DNA of 64,000 nucleotides, from positions 20,522,001-20,586,000 of the forward strand of contig OZ024742.1 in the NCBI GenBank assembly GCA_964016885.1, in the 5' to 3' direction. Position 1 is the first letter of the stretch; each line of letters opens with the position of its first letter. The position numbers were made by a program, and so were the translations under genes. Positions 39,171-53,419 of this stretch are shown in pieces. The stretch is from Eledone cirrhosa. Its lineage: Eukaryota. The notes under the pieces are model-generated. The model saw only the letters and a program-made list of their open reading frames with translations, made no database searches and was not told where the DNA came from.

Positions 39171-42100
39171 ATATAATCAACCAGTAAAAGGAAGAGTGAA
39201 CCAATATATTTAGTGGTCAAGTATAGTTAGACACCACAAATAATTTAAATTTATGTTTAAGACAGTTCTGGTCAGACGAGACAATAAACCTGGACTTTAA
39301 TTGTTTATACAATGTATTAAAATAATGATACATTAATGTGTATAGAGATATGCCAATCAGTCTTAGCTATTTCCATTTAAATATAGCTTTCTTTAGTTAA
39401 AATTGTAGTTAAAACAAAAGAGAGAAAACATCTCAACTGCATTGCAATTGACTTACACCAAAATCAATATTTCTAATCGCCATGTCATACCACATATTTA
39501 ATTTAATATTCAATGTTTTAAAGAGAAAGTTTGGTTTTTCAGAATAATCTGGTATCGTCCTCTCTCCACCGAATGTATATAACTGTAAATATTTTCTGTC
39601 TTTCTGATAGTTTTTATACCTTCACTATATATAATTCTTAATTTTTCCCTTCCTCTCTTTTCATTCGCGAACTAGAATGACTGTTCCAGCGCGTCTCCCT
39701 CCTCCTCCTCCTCCTCCGAGGAAACGCCTTTAATATTCTGTCCGTCGGGGCCGTGGGGCAGCCAGCGCGCTAGCCTCCATTTACTCATAATAGTGAGAGA
39801 TGGGGAGAGCGGGAGCGACGAAGGCAGTGGGAGTTTGGTTCCTTTGTGTTCGAACCTGGTGTATATGTATATATTTCACAGCTCACACTGAATAGATAGA
39901 GAGTTGACTGAGAAGGAGTAAATATCTCATCTGTTATTTCAAACTGATATGATTTAAGTTGTATAGAATGTTCCTCTAAACATATTATTGAGTTTCTCAA
40001 AATGTGAGCATGCAGCCTGCCCGAAAATTTCACTTCACTGCGTGACATCTTGAGCCACTGTTAATTACTATAGTTTCATGTCACCCCATAATTTGTGAGT
40101 GAAATTTGATAAAGGGAAACTATTTGGAAGCCCATCGGATCGACTGTACCCCTCATTGAAAGCGACCCAACTTTGTCACACACTGTGACAGACCTGTCAA
40201 TTTTCCCTTTCCGACGGGGAGATCTCCCACCCACTTTGGGGTAGGTGGGAGATGTCGTCTGTTGTGAGAATGGTTATAGCTTCCATCATTGTAAAATCTT
40301 CCTATTTTGCCTCATTTCTACCCGTTTTGGAGTACTTTTTTTCATAGTACTCCCCGTTAGGGTTTGTAGAGGTTGGTAGATCTGCTGTGACACACTGAAT
40401 CTCTCGGAGAATTATATTATGGACACACGTGTCTGTGAAATGCTCAACCACATATCCATTCATTTCACGAGGAGGATGTTCCGTTGTTCGAAATAATGGA
40501 ACACTCATCGTCGAAACCGACTGCGGTCCATTTCATTCTATTCGCCCCAAATGTTTTAGATGTCTCTTCTTGATAGAATCTAATAAAATTAGCCACATTT
40601 GAAAACTTCTTTTGGTTTTGTGTAGTTGAGTGACTAATACTGGATCAAAAAGTGTCTCTCGTTTGATTTTGGCTTCTTCTGAGTCGTTTTAAGAGCTTTT
40701 AATTTAATGTTCCACTTAAGCCCTTTGTTAGTAATGCGTAATATTGATTTCAGAATATTTACGTTTTCTGTATTATATATATATATATTTCTGGCCTAAG
40801 GTCCTTATATATTTTTATATAGTTGTCCTTTTATTTGCAGTAACTAACACTTAATACAAGATTAACATAGCGATAAACTTTAAAGGTTTTAGGTGATTCA
40901 GATAGATAGAGTGAGAGGGAGAGAAAGAGCGAGAAGGAGAGAGAAGAAGTGAGGGAACGAGATGTAGAAAGAGAAAGAGAGATAGAGGGAGAAAGGGAAG
41001 ACAAAGGAGAAGGAGAGACATATATAGAGAAAGAGAGAAAGGCAGTAAGGAGTTAGTGAGCGAGAGCAAAACAGAAGCTAACTTACCACATAAACTATAT
41101 ATACTAAACATTTTTCCCAAATAAGATAGTGAGAGAATCTTTAATATTCATAGATTCATCAGAAGTATTAATGTTCAGTTGAATTAGTGTAGTTATTATC
41201 TCTTCTTTAATTAATGGAGGTATAATTCCTGTAAGGTGGAGCTGGCTGATGCAACCGAAGTTACTGGCCATTCTCCGTGGTAATGCGTTCACTATTTTGT
41301 CCACTGGGTGCAGCTGAAATCTACCGCTCAGACTGAGGTGTAGAGTCTATCACTTTCTTCTTTTTCCGTTTCTTTCATTGTTTGATTTTTTTTTTTTCAT
41401 CTTTTCCTTATCTGTATCTTTCGCGTCCTTATTGTCATTTATATTGTACAGGTTTTTGCTACATATTCCCAGTTTAATTATCTTCAACCAAACTGTCAAA
41501 TAAACAAGTAGAACAATTATACTGGCAAGCTTGAGTAGAATAATTTACACAAACAATCGAACCATCAACTGCAAATTTGAAAATAACAATTTCATATTCC
41601 TTAATTGAATTATGAACGACGTCCTTTGAACTTAATCATCAAATTCATATGTTAGACACATTTATTGAATAACTGGAATAAAATTCAAAACAAAATAATC
41701 TTTATTAAGACTATACTTGGTTAATCTAACCAAGTTATACTTTTCTGTTTTTGTTTGAACCTGAGAGTTCATCATTCCCTCTGCCCTCACTAACATTTCA
41801 ACAAATTATCACAATCTCTCCTATGATGAAAAAACAAAAAAAAACATCACAACACACAAAAGAAGAAAAAGAAATCAAAAGCCAAAATGCAATTACTATA
41901 TCTTTCTGATCTGTTCTTTTTAAATTGGTTTCATCAAAAATAGTCTGGTTAATTTAATTCTGGAATCAGGGAAATATTTTGTCTCCTTTTTCATCAATGA
42001 CGACCAGGATATTTTTGATTGATTTTTTGGTCGCTTTTTGATTTTCCTGTGACCTTTTAAATCCCCTTGGTCAATTCAACAGCAGTGTTTCCTGTCGCTT

Positions 42101-43162
42101 ATCTTATGTATAGAACTAAATTGGAAACGACCCTTTTTACAAAAGTTTGTTACATCCAACTGTTCACCAATTGCATTGCTGTTTTATAAATATCAGTTCA
42201 AGCTATAAGATTAATTAATATATCGTCATTTCAAAACGTTACTTTACCGCTAACAATAGCGTTTGAATGCTGGCTTTTATATTATACACAACTTATAATT
42301 GTATTTGGAGACATAAAACTGAGTTCAAATAGAAGTTCATATTATATATATGTCAGACGATATCATTAATATATACAGTATTTTCATATATAAAGTTAAG
42401 TATGAAAGCTTCTAGAAACAGATTACAGTTAATTGATTCATATTCTACAAACTTCTGCCTAGCATTCACATCATTAACACATCTATTCAATGAAACTACC
42501 AATGGTCATAGTTACTAAAGACACACTATATACTATCTTTTTATATATCGATGATTTTAAACTATTTACAAAACATAATTTTCAGTTGAGCAGTCCATAC
42601 CTAAGTTAGGAGAATGAGATTCGGGTTACAGGAATGCGGCAACTCTGCTATAGGAAGTGAAAAGATACATAAACTGATTTAAATAGATCCAGACATCGAA
42701 ATCAGAAAATACAGTAAACTTCATATAGAAGTTTAGGCGTAGAAGGAACTGGTGAGATACAATATATAGAAGAAATAATAGTTTCTAATTTTGGCACAAG
42801 ACTTTCAAACCGGGCAGGGGGGAGGGGGGGGGGGGGCGCGGTAGATTTAAACTCAGAACGTAAAGAGCCGTAACAAATGCCACAAATCATTTGTCTGACG
42901 CTCTAATGATTTTGTCTATCCACAACTCTTATGCTTTCAGATATGAGGATCAGCTAAAATCTTCATAGTCTGACCAAGATAATCTCATGGAATGACCAAA
43001 TGAGGTTTATTTGTCATCATAGTCCCTGGAAATTAAGAATCCAGTTATTAACATGAAGAGTTAAAATTAATGCATGAAAGATTTCACATCTTTAGCATCA
43101 CTCCTTCATAGTCAGCCTATGACCTTTTCACCCCACCCTTATATTTCACCATTATAATTTAA

Positions 43163-43352
43163 GGACGGTGGATTGGTAGTACCGGTATAGGGTCGGACGC
43201 CACGCTTTGACGCATAGAATTACGGCCCTTGCCATTCTGAGTTCAAATCCCGCCGAGGTTAACTTTACCTTTCATCCTTACGGGGCCGATAAAATAAGTA
43301 CCAGTAATACACTGCATAATTGCTGGCCTTGTGCCAAAAATAGAAACAATTA
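43163..43352 (+). mobile_element. SINE family A
   Basis: High similarity to 2963-3144 and 49755-49946. Confidence 0.82.
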
Positions 43353-43649
43353 AAATTTAATAGTTTATCTCCCTTCTTTTGTGCCAGAAATGATGACTAT
43401 GTCTATCATTTTCAGCCGAACCCCATCTCTGAAATAATCTGCATGTGCGTCATGACAGTGAAAACAACGACATCATAAATTAAGGGCCTAGCTGTGAATT
43501 AATTAGAAATCATGAAGGAAAACATAAAATACTTCCAGGGGTTACACTATTACATTCTCTTCAAAGCATATCCCAACTAGATACAGCCTTTATCCTACAC
43601 AGACCACTTTGAATTAAATAACACAACTCAAACTGATCATACTTAACAC

Positions 43650-43982
43650 CAGAGGTTCTCAAACGTTTTGGGCCACCCACCCCCTCACGGCAACGGAACA
43701 CCCTCAGCGCCCCCAACCCTATTTCCAGAGAGACCTGCTTACACGCAAATAGTAAATAATATATAATAAATAAAATCTTTAATTTATATATAATAAATAA
43801 TATATATAATATGTATAAATAAATATTATATATTATTTATTTTACTATATTTATATATATAATCATTTGATATTTAGTATTCTATTATATCATCTCTACC
43901 ACCCCCACCACCCTCATAGGTCCCAGCACCTCCGTAGACCTTCTCAAAACCCCTGGGGGCGGCGAGGGCTGGGGGAGACCTG
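43650..43982. mobile_element. Degenerate hAT-type MITE
   Basis: Termini CAGAGGTTCTCAAAC ... GGGAGACCTG, GC-rich subterminal regions and an AT-rich centre. No clear 8-bp TSD. Confidence 0.4.
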
Positions 43983-45446
43983 GTTTAAGTAAGTAGCCTT
44001 CAAGATTTTAGCAGGTAAAACCGTGATTTTCATGAAATACATCAATTATCTCGCTAATGAACAACTAGAATTGATAAATATGTCGGCAGTTATATAATTA
44101 AACTTATAGCCTACATTAATGTAATTTATTATTTAATGTTCTAGCACGTTATAGACACCTTATTAATTATTTCATCATTATGATATGATTGATATTTCCA
44201 AGATGAGATGGATTTAGCTATGTCTGTTACGAGATTACTAATAAACGACGATGTATTAGTTCTTTATTAATATGGGAACTAATTAAATATTTGCTGCTGA
44301 GGTCAATATTCTCTACTTAATGAGTCATAGAACATACAGGAATATTAGGTGTTTAACGATGAAGATATTGAAACCATACATCTACCGTCACAGTTGTTAT
44401 AGCAACAGCGAGAGTAATAATAGTATTGCTAACAACTACATTAGACACTGGCCCTGTCTTTCTCTCTATCTCAATCTCTCACTATTATAAGGAAATAGTG
44501 GCCCACGCGCTGGCCACCTCACTGCCCTGGCAGACAGAATGGATAATGCGTTTCCCCGGAGGATAGTTGGAGAGACGAGTTGGAAGAGACATTCCAGCTC
44601 CCGCGGCTCAGATTGGATCATTTCCCTAAACTAATGATAACCTCAGCGAGTTTCTTTCCCAATTTATATCCCTTTTATTTCATTTCATTCTCTAAGACCC
44701 CCGAGAAACAGCACGGATACTACACACAATGTTATATAGTATAAGAAAAGAAGGATATAAGCAAAAGCAGAGAAGCAAATATATTACATAGTGCTATAGT
44801 ATGCCGACATAAAGCTAAATTTTTAAATATATATGCATCTATACATACATACATGTTTATGCCTGTAATTATTGGGGCACTGGGATATGTTAGTAACTGC
44901 CTCAATACAAATCTTGAGAAGCTAGGCTTCACAGAAACAGAAACAACACGACTAGTTAGGAAATTACAAGTACAATTCAGTAATGGAAAAGTAAAAATAT
45001 GTAAAACATTCCAAACATTTTGCATCTAATAACTGCATATACACATGTAAAGATACAAAGCGTATGCACATGCACACATACAACTCAAAACATCCACATC
45101 CACACATACAATAACATCCATATCTACACATGCATGCATGCATGCATGCAGACATACATACATATCTACCTAGTTGATGTTGTGTAAATTCCAAAGAGAG
45201 AGTCTTGTGTCTTTGTTAGAAACCGGCTCTCTCTCTATTGGTAAAAATATGTGAAATTATAAAACCAGAAGAACATACATATATACATATATGCACGTAT
45301 ATCTATGTATATATGCACATCATATATATATAGATGTACATATATATATAAATACAAGGCGTGCCAAAAATATATACACAGTTCAACAACATTCTAATAA
45401 ATATGTGTATACATCGTTTTGGGACACCCTGAATATATATATATAT

Positions 45447-45540
<94 letters not shown>

Positions 45541-46541
45541 ATATATATATATATATATATATATTTAGAAACACACAGATACATGCGGACACACACATAT
45601 ACATGAATGCATCCACATCAAACCGTGAGTTAATGGTGCCAACCTTACCGATGTTGCTCAATGAATGACTGGGACAGACCAATCCGGTTGAACTAGACTG
45701 AAGCAGTATCAGAGTTAAAAATACATTATGAAGAGAGAAGAAACATTTAGATATAATTAGTAATAAAATGTATCATACCTAAACTGCTCCTAGATTCCTC
45801 GACTACGTAGTTTCGTGGCATAAACAAAAACAGTACATCATAAAGATATAGAGCCCTTGCGAGGTCTGCCGACTTATCAAGAGGATACCTCATTTTACTA
45901 GCTTCAAGAACGCGTCTACACGACGTGAGAAAGAATCCCAAAAGGCGGAGGGGGAGATAGTCACGCGATATAACGGTCGAGAAACAGAGCTAAGCCTCTT
46001 ATAACCCCGAAGAAAATACCACGGAGGTGGAGGGGGTATTTATATCGAAGCCGTAGAAGAGGTGGTAAAGGTGGTGAGAAGTATGAGTAATGGCAGCTTT
46101 CCAGCTGTCACCACACTTCAAAGATTACTCGACCAGAGGGAGTTATGAACAATATATTTAGAAACACACAGATACATGCGGACACACACATATACATGAA
46201 TGCATCCACATCAAACCGTGAGTTAATGGTGCCAACCTTACCGATGTTGCTCAATGAATGACTGGGACAGACCAATCCGGTTGAACTAGACTGAAGCAGT
46301 ATCAGAGTTAAAAATACATTATGAAGAGAGAAGAAACATTTAGATATAATTAGTAATAAAATGTATCATACCTAAACTGCTCCTAGATTCCTCGACTACG
46401 TAGTTTCGTGGCATAAACGGGGTTATAAGAGGCTTAGCTCTGTTTCTCGACCGTTATATCGCGTGACTATCTCCCCCTCCGCCTTTTGGGATTCTTTCTC
46501 ACGTCGTGTAGACGCGTTCTTGAAGCTAGTAAAATGAGGTA

Positions 46542-46631
46542 TCCTCTTGATAAGTCGGCAGACCTCGCAAGGGCTCTATATCTTTATGATGTACTGTTTT
46601 TGTTTATGCCACGAAACTACGTAGTCGAGGA
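46542..46631 (+). ncRNA. Type I hammerhead with compensatory U3:A8 core and enlarged stem II (other copies at 47135-47224 + and 45796-45885 -)
   Basis: TCCTC-TTGATAA-GT(C)GGCA...TGCCAC-GAAA-CTACGTAG-TC^GAGGA. Confidence 0.78.
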
Positions 46632-47263
46632 ATCTAGGGGCAGTTTAGGTATGATACATTTTATTACTAATTATATCTAAATGTTTCTTCTCTCTTCATA
46701 ATGTATTTTTAACTCTGATACTGCTTCAGTCTAGTTCAACCGGATTGGTCTGTCCCAGTCATTCATTGAGCAACATCGGTAAGGTTGGCACCATTAACTC
46801 ACGGTTTGATGTGGATGCATTCATGTATATGTGTGTGTCCGCATGTATCTGTGTGTTTCTAAATATATTGTTCATAACTCCCTCTGGTCGAGTAATCTTT
46901 GAAGTGTGGTGACAGCTGGAAAGCTGCCATTACTCATACTTCTCGCCTCCTTTACCACCTCTTCTACGGCTTCGATATAAATACCCCCTCCGCCTCTGTG
47001 GTATTTTCTTCGGGGTTATAAGAGGCTTAGCTCTGTTTCTCGACTGTTATATCGCGTGACTATCTCCCCCTCCGCCTTTTGGGATTCTTTCGCACGTCGT
47101 GTAGACGCGTTCTTGAAGCTAGTAAAATGAGGTATCCTCTTGATAAGTCGGCAGACCTCGCAAGGGCTCTATATCTTTATGATGTACTGTTTTTGTTTAT
47201 GCCACGAAACTACGTAGTCGAGGAATCTAGGAGCAGTTTAGGTATGATACATTTTATTACTAA

Positions 47264-48066
47264 CTAGCAGTAAAGCCCGGCGTTGCTCGGGGTCGCTCAG
47301 TAGCTGTGTTAAAGTTACAATGTTAAGTTTCTTTCTTGGCTTAAAAACTGTAGTGTCTACTGTGCAGACTTGCATGTGGTGTTTTTTTATTAATATTCCC
47401 TCAACCAACAATATGCCTTATGAAGTTAAGAAAACATAACGATAACCCGAATGTTATAACAAAAGAGGATGCTGGGGATAGAAACTGCACTGGTTATTTA
47501 TTAACAAAGATCGAAAATGTAAACACTGCAACGCAGAGAAAAACATTAGCGTAACCAAATTATCAGTTATGTCTGTCTGCACGCCTATATCACCTCTCTG
47601 CACGACTGTCTGTCTGCACGACTGTCTGTCTGCACGCCTAACGACGAAATATTTGCTTGTTTTACGTAGTCTTTAAATAGACTTGTTTTCAAGTAAAAAT
47701 ATTGTTTTAAAATGCTTTTAAATGGAAATGAAGCAAAACGGAAGCTTAGTGTTCGAACTGATGAATTTTGCAGGTCAATATTTTGCTGGCTCGACAACTG
47801 TTAAAGCCAGCGTAATTTTTTACGTAAGACGCTCAATGTAAACAGAACAAAGGGAAATAACTGATAACTTACGCTCAAAAATCGATACATTATATTCGAT
47901 TTCGTCACATAGGGTGGGTCAATTTGAAATTTTTTTTTCCGATGTCTTCGCTAGGGCTCAATGTACAAGTATAGCAATTTCGGTGCAATTCCGTGAGAGA
48001 TTCTAAGAGGAGATGTGTGCCAAAAATCGATAGACAGACAGACAACCACAGTTTTATATATATAGA
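47264..48066 (-). mobile_element. Non-autonomous Helitron
   Basis: Minus strand A|TCTATATATA...CCCGAGCAACGCCGGG-CTTTACTG-CTAG|T. No TSD; the empty site TTATTACTAA/TTATATCTAA is seen in sibling units (~46661-46680); internal (GTCT)n. Confidence 0.9.
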
Positions 48067-48093
48067 TTATATCTAAATGTTTCTTCTCTCTTC

Positions 48094-48162
<69 letters not shown>

Positions 48163-48429
48163 AATTAATTATAGGTTATATATTTAGATTACGTATAGCC
48201 CAGCCGCTATCCACTCACCCCATGAAATTACAGAAATGGCATGTTGAAATACGAATCTGCAATTCAGAGTGTACATAACACGTTACACAGTGGTTAGCCG
48301 ACTTGGTGTGGCAAGATGAAACAGTACTAGTCCTGTAGAAGCTCCTTCTATAAAATAAAAAAAATTTACTCTGCCATGTATTGAGTACCTTACTTACTGT
48401 GGTCATCCCCGGCGCAACCCGGGACCTAC

Positions 48430-48463
<34 letters not shown>

Positions 48464-48465
<2 letters not shown>

Positions 48466-49063
48466 GATGAGGGACTAATTTTATAATATGTAACCCATGT
48501 GCAACCACGCAGTTTTCCTCTTTCTACCCATGTTTTTTATACATATTTACCTCGACTGCGATTGTCTGTTTCTCTCTTTCTGCTCCCCCGTTCTCTCTGT
48601 TTCTCTCACCTTCTTTCACCCCCTCTGTCAGTTACACTTTCTCTCGACTGACCTCTTCCTCGCACTTCCACTCACTCACTCTCTGTTTCTCCCCTTCTCA
48701 CTTCCCCCCGTTCGTTAGTAGTGGAATCCTTTCTTTCTCACATCTCATTCACGTCGGACGGTCTGTTTTCTGACCGCTAATGAAATTCACCCAGCTTATG
48801 CTGACCGGATAACCATCATGTTGCTTGCTTTTTTCCTACCTTCGGTTTGCTTTTCCTTCTCTGTTGGTTACTTGTGTCACTCGCTTTACACGATTCACTT
48901 GTCCCAATAGATTATTTTAGTCATTGCTCGCACCAACCTGAGGTATATGATTTTTAATGCGATGAAATACAATGATGGTTAGCAAATCACTGATGAGGGA
49001 CTAATTTTATAATGTGTAACCCATGTGCAACCACGCAGTTTTCCTCTTTCTTCCCATGTTTTT
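48464..49063 (+). mobile_element. pLTR-like insert with ~75-bp terminal direct repeat (period ~526) between (TA)n runs
   Basis: CTGATGAGGGACTAATTTTATAAT...CCCATGTTTTTT at 48464 and 48990. Confidence 0.55.
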
Positions 49064-49082
49064 TATATATATATATATATAT

Positions 49083-49145
<63 letters not shown>

Positions 49146-49754
49146 CGCTTGAGAAATGTACCTCAATGCAAATAAATTTAGGAGATACAGAAGAAGCTAG
49201 AACTGGAGCAATAAGTGCTTCATGGCAATAAAAAAATAAAAAAATAAAAACGAAAACAAAAAATAAACATGCAAACAATAAGAACACATGAAAACCGAGC
49301 TGAGTAGAGTCAAGCATAAAGTTGTGATTGCAGAAGGATATAATATTATATTATAGAATAATGAGGAAACGTGTTCCATAAGTGTCAGCCTTCCTGGATT
49401 ATAACCAAAACACTTATTGCTAGAAGGGACATTAATAAAATCAACTTAAAACTGGAGTGTTGGAATATTGCTGGAATACATTACGAGAAGGCTAACCTAA
49501 ATATCACCTCTTGTTAATGGTTATTACTAAGAATGGACCTCCACCGGTTTCGGCGTGTCACCTCTTCCAATTGATTTTTACTCTGAATGGACCTCCATGT
49601 GTTTCGACGATCTTGATTATTACTAAGAATGGGTTTCCCTCAGTTCCAACAATGAGGATGTCACCCCTCTTCATGATTATTTGATTATTACTAAGAATGG
49701 GTCTCCACCTGTTCCGATGATGATGTCAGCTCTTCTCATTGATTATTACTATTA

Positions 49755-49946
49755 TGGCGGTGGATTGGCAGTATCGGAAGAGGGTCGGACGCCATGCTTT
49801 GACGCATAGAGATACGGCCCTTGCCATTCTGGGTCAAATCCCGCCGAGGTTAACTTTGTCTTTCCTCCTTACTGGGTCGATGAAATAAAGTACCAGTAAT
49901 GCACTGGGATAATTGCTTGTCTTGTGGTAAAAGTAGAAACAATTAC
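49755..49946 (+). mobile_element. SINE family A, full length
   Basis: GGCGGTGGATTGGCAGTATCGG...GTAGAAACAATTA. Confidence 0.82.
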
Positions 49947-50719
49947 TATTACTATTACTAAGAATAGTTCTCTGTCGGTTTCAACGATGAGGGTCCAGGA
50001 GTTCGATCAATGGAGCAAACTTCTCATGAAATTAATATGTAACTAAAATATTCCACTAACACCTTAGTGAGAATCAGCGTGACTAGCCATTTGAATTACA
50101 GGTAAAGCCCAGCCAACAGGCTTTCAAACAGATTCCGTCTACAAAGTTTCCTAACTAGGTATAGGTTGACCTAATGATTGGGAAGCGAACATCTTAACCA
50201 TTTGGCCATGTTGTGCCCGCATTAATGCCATGTTGTCCATATTGACTTAATGCTGTCAAAAGTTTGCAACACAAAACACTTTACCTCGTTGAGAATATAT
50301 TTTGAGATGAATAAACACGTATACTGATAATTTTCCATTCGGCATTTTGTCGAATTTGTAAAGGAATTTGTAAAGAAAACTTTGATTTGGCAACAGAAAG
50401 AGTTTAAGAGGCCACTTCTAGAATTGAAATAACATCCTTATTGAAGTTTAAAAAAATATTGATTCTAATTTAAGTGTCATCGCTTATTCGAAATTTTAAT
50501 TATATTAAAAGTGAACAGATTAAACATCTTTAACTATGTTGATAAAAAATTAAACAAATTAAAATTTGAACACAGTTGTTATTTCTTGAGAAATAACTTC
50601 GAAAATCAATATTTTTAGGATTTTAAGAATTGATTTTCTTTTCCATTTAACTCGTTGTATTACAATATGAACTTATACGAATAGGATTACTCCGGTAATG
50701 TTCCAAAGTCTAAAGTATG

Positions 50720-51060
50720 TCACGAACCCGGAGGCTCACCAGGCCGGTCCTCACCCCGGTTTCCGTGGCGTGATACGACTCCTGTCTGGATAGGACGAAA
50801 GTCCATCGCAGGTCGAGCACGGAGGTTCATTAGGCCGGTCCTTATTTTAGTTTCCGTGGTGTGAAGCGACTAACAGTACAAGGTTCCTCTCTCATTAGGA
50901 CGCCAGTCCATCGCAGGGCTAAACCCCAGTTGTGTATACTGGAGAAACGTGAAATGAAGTGTTTTACTCAAGAACACAACACATAACCCAGTTCATGAAT
51001 CGAAGCCACGACATTATAGCCGTAAGTCGAACACACTTACCACACGGTCTCGCGCCTCCA
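50720..51060 (-). mobile_element. SINE with a duplicated 3' region
   Basis: Core GGAGAAACGTGAAATGAAGTGTTTTACTCAAGAACACAAC and a doubled GGCCGGTCC...GTCCATCGCAGG segment. Confidence 0.6.
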
Positions 51061-51355
51061 GGCTATTAGATTGCATATAATCTAAAAAACACACACAAAA
51101 AAGAATGAAGAAAACTGTCAATGTCTTTTAAATACCGTTACATTGCCAGATAATGAGATTGAATTACATGAGGGATTAAAAAAAATATTCATAGAAATTT
51201 ACTGAAAATTGTCTAAAGTTTAATCTTGGCATTACAAATCTACATATAAATATAAAGACACTCATAAATACATACACACTCGAACATACGCACACACACT
51301 CACGCCACCAAACGCATATGTACACTCCTCATTTTCTCTCTCACTCTCTCTCTCT

Positions 51356-51427
<72 letters not shown>

Positions 51428-51816
51428 AATGCTCAGCCCCTTGCATGTTAATTTCACGAACAATATATTTCGCTCTATGGTGTATATTAAAAGCAGTGAT
51501 TACACATATATATACATATATATGTAAAGGGTAAAGACTCCTTTCGGTCAGCAATGACCATGGGATTTGAAACTCGAAAGATCCCCTCCGAGGCAAAAGT
51601 CCAGGCAACGTTGTTTGTGGAAGATCAAAAGTCGCCCATGCATACCGCTTTCCCCTCTCCACCATACAGCTTTGCCCCAGTGACATCGGAACTCATTTGT
51701 ACAGCTGAGTAAACTGCGGCATCATAAAATAAAGTGTCTTGCCGACTGAATGAACTGGCGCGAATAATCCAACGAAACTTAAATAGCTGTACATATGTAC
51801 ATGTCACTGTTGTAAC

Positions 51817-51928
<112 letters not shown>

Positions 51929-51990
51929 TATATATATATATGTATTTATTAAAATAACAGATTAAAGTTTATACATGTGTATATAACTAC

Positions 51991-52025
<35 letters not shown>

Positions 52026-52076
52026 TATATATATAAATGTAGTTATAGACACACACACATATATATATATATAAAT

Positions 52077-52122
<46 letters not shown>

Positions 52123-53294
52123 ATGTGTGTGTGCGCGTATGTGTGTGTGCATATTAACGCGTTTACAGTTATATGCATTAGAAAATAAAGTAAATTTACA
52201 ACTATTAATTTATTCAGCAGATTTTGAGCTTACATCTACTTACATCTTGTCATTCAACCATTTTAGCTCTATTCTTATTGTATTATCTGAAGAACGGTAA
52301 CTTTAACGATGTTTATCACACAACTAGCTCTCCTGTAGAATGCCAAAAGCAGTGACACCTACTCAATGGCTATTGAATTTCATCAATATTCTACTGAAGA
52401 AGCATGTTGCTGTAAAATAAATAGAGTATATTCAATTATTTTGTCAGAATCAGGCAAAAAATAGCAGTTACATCCATAGTTTTTTGGCAAATGAATTTAG
52501 TGGAAAAGCCCAATCCATCATCTCTTGAGATAATCTGTTTAAAGGTATGGAAGAAACTTGATGATTGCCTATTCTGAGAGAGAAACGTAGTTGTATTAGA
52601 GTTGTTAAGATTAGCATGACAAACTTGTGAATGCGGCTTTCAGTTTACTGAATTTGTGTTATATTGGATAACATACAGTATCATATCGTATAATTGTGTG
52701 TTCAAATTACACTAAAATAAACATAGCTATGTAAATATATAGTGTTGAAAACACTATAAGAGTTATGTAGAACAGTTTGAGTTAACAAACACTTTGAGGT
52801 TCGGGTATTTTCCCCCCTTTTTTATCCTTTGTCTCACTAGCTCTTTTTGATACCAACTGTAAGGAGTACTCGATACTCGATACACCTAATCTGTCATGGC
52901 TTACTAGCTCTATACAGTCGTTTAAAATGATTAAATTAATAAATAACAAAGGACCAGAATAGTTTTAGTCTCATTTTCACTTAATACAACAGGAAACTGG
53001 AAAAACAAGGTGACTGTGGCCTTTATCAAGTATGTCTACTATTCTCCTTTTTGAAGTATCAAATGATAAGTGAAAATACGCTGATCATTTTGAACGTCAA
53101 GGAATCAATATCAAGCTTCAGATAAATGATGGAAACAGGAATATAGTATGGTTCCACATCGCCTGATGGAGTAGTAGGGGTGCATTAATGGCATACGGTA
53201 TTTCTTAGACATTTAAACCTGGCTGAACCCATCCCTCTTCAGTTATGAACACAGCAGATTTCTTTCCCCGTAGGATATTAAGTGAGAAAGAGAA

Positions 53295-53341
<47 letters not shown>

Positions 53342-53368
53342 GAGAAATAGAGAGAGAGAGATAGAGAT

Positions 53369-53419
<51 letters not shown>

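Larger units (their letters stand above)
45561..48098. mobile_element. 593-bp-unit hammerhead-containing tandem element with internal inversion (retrozyme/pLTR-like), interrupted by a Helitron
   Basis: Minus-oriented 45561-46418 (~1.4 units), plus-oriented 46419-47263 and 48067-48098; period 593; flanked by (TA)n on both sides. Confidence 0.85.

Noticed and set aside
40221-40255. Hairpin ATCTCCCACC...GGTGGGAGAT as a terminator or miRNA
   Set aside because: Short isolated stem in a eukaryotic repeat context with no supporting features
45747-47267. Repeated 62-64 aa ORF (MGFFLTSCRR...)
   Set aside because: TTG start, overlaps the HHR, no recognisable domain; a by-product of the repeat unit
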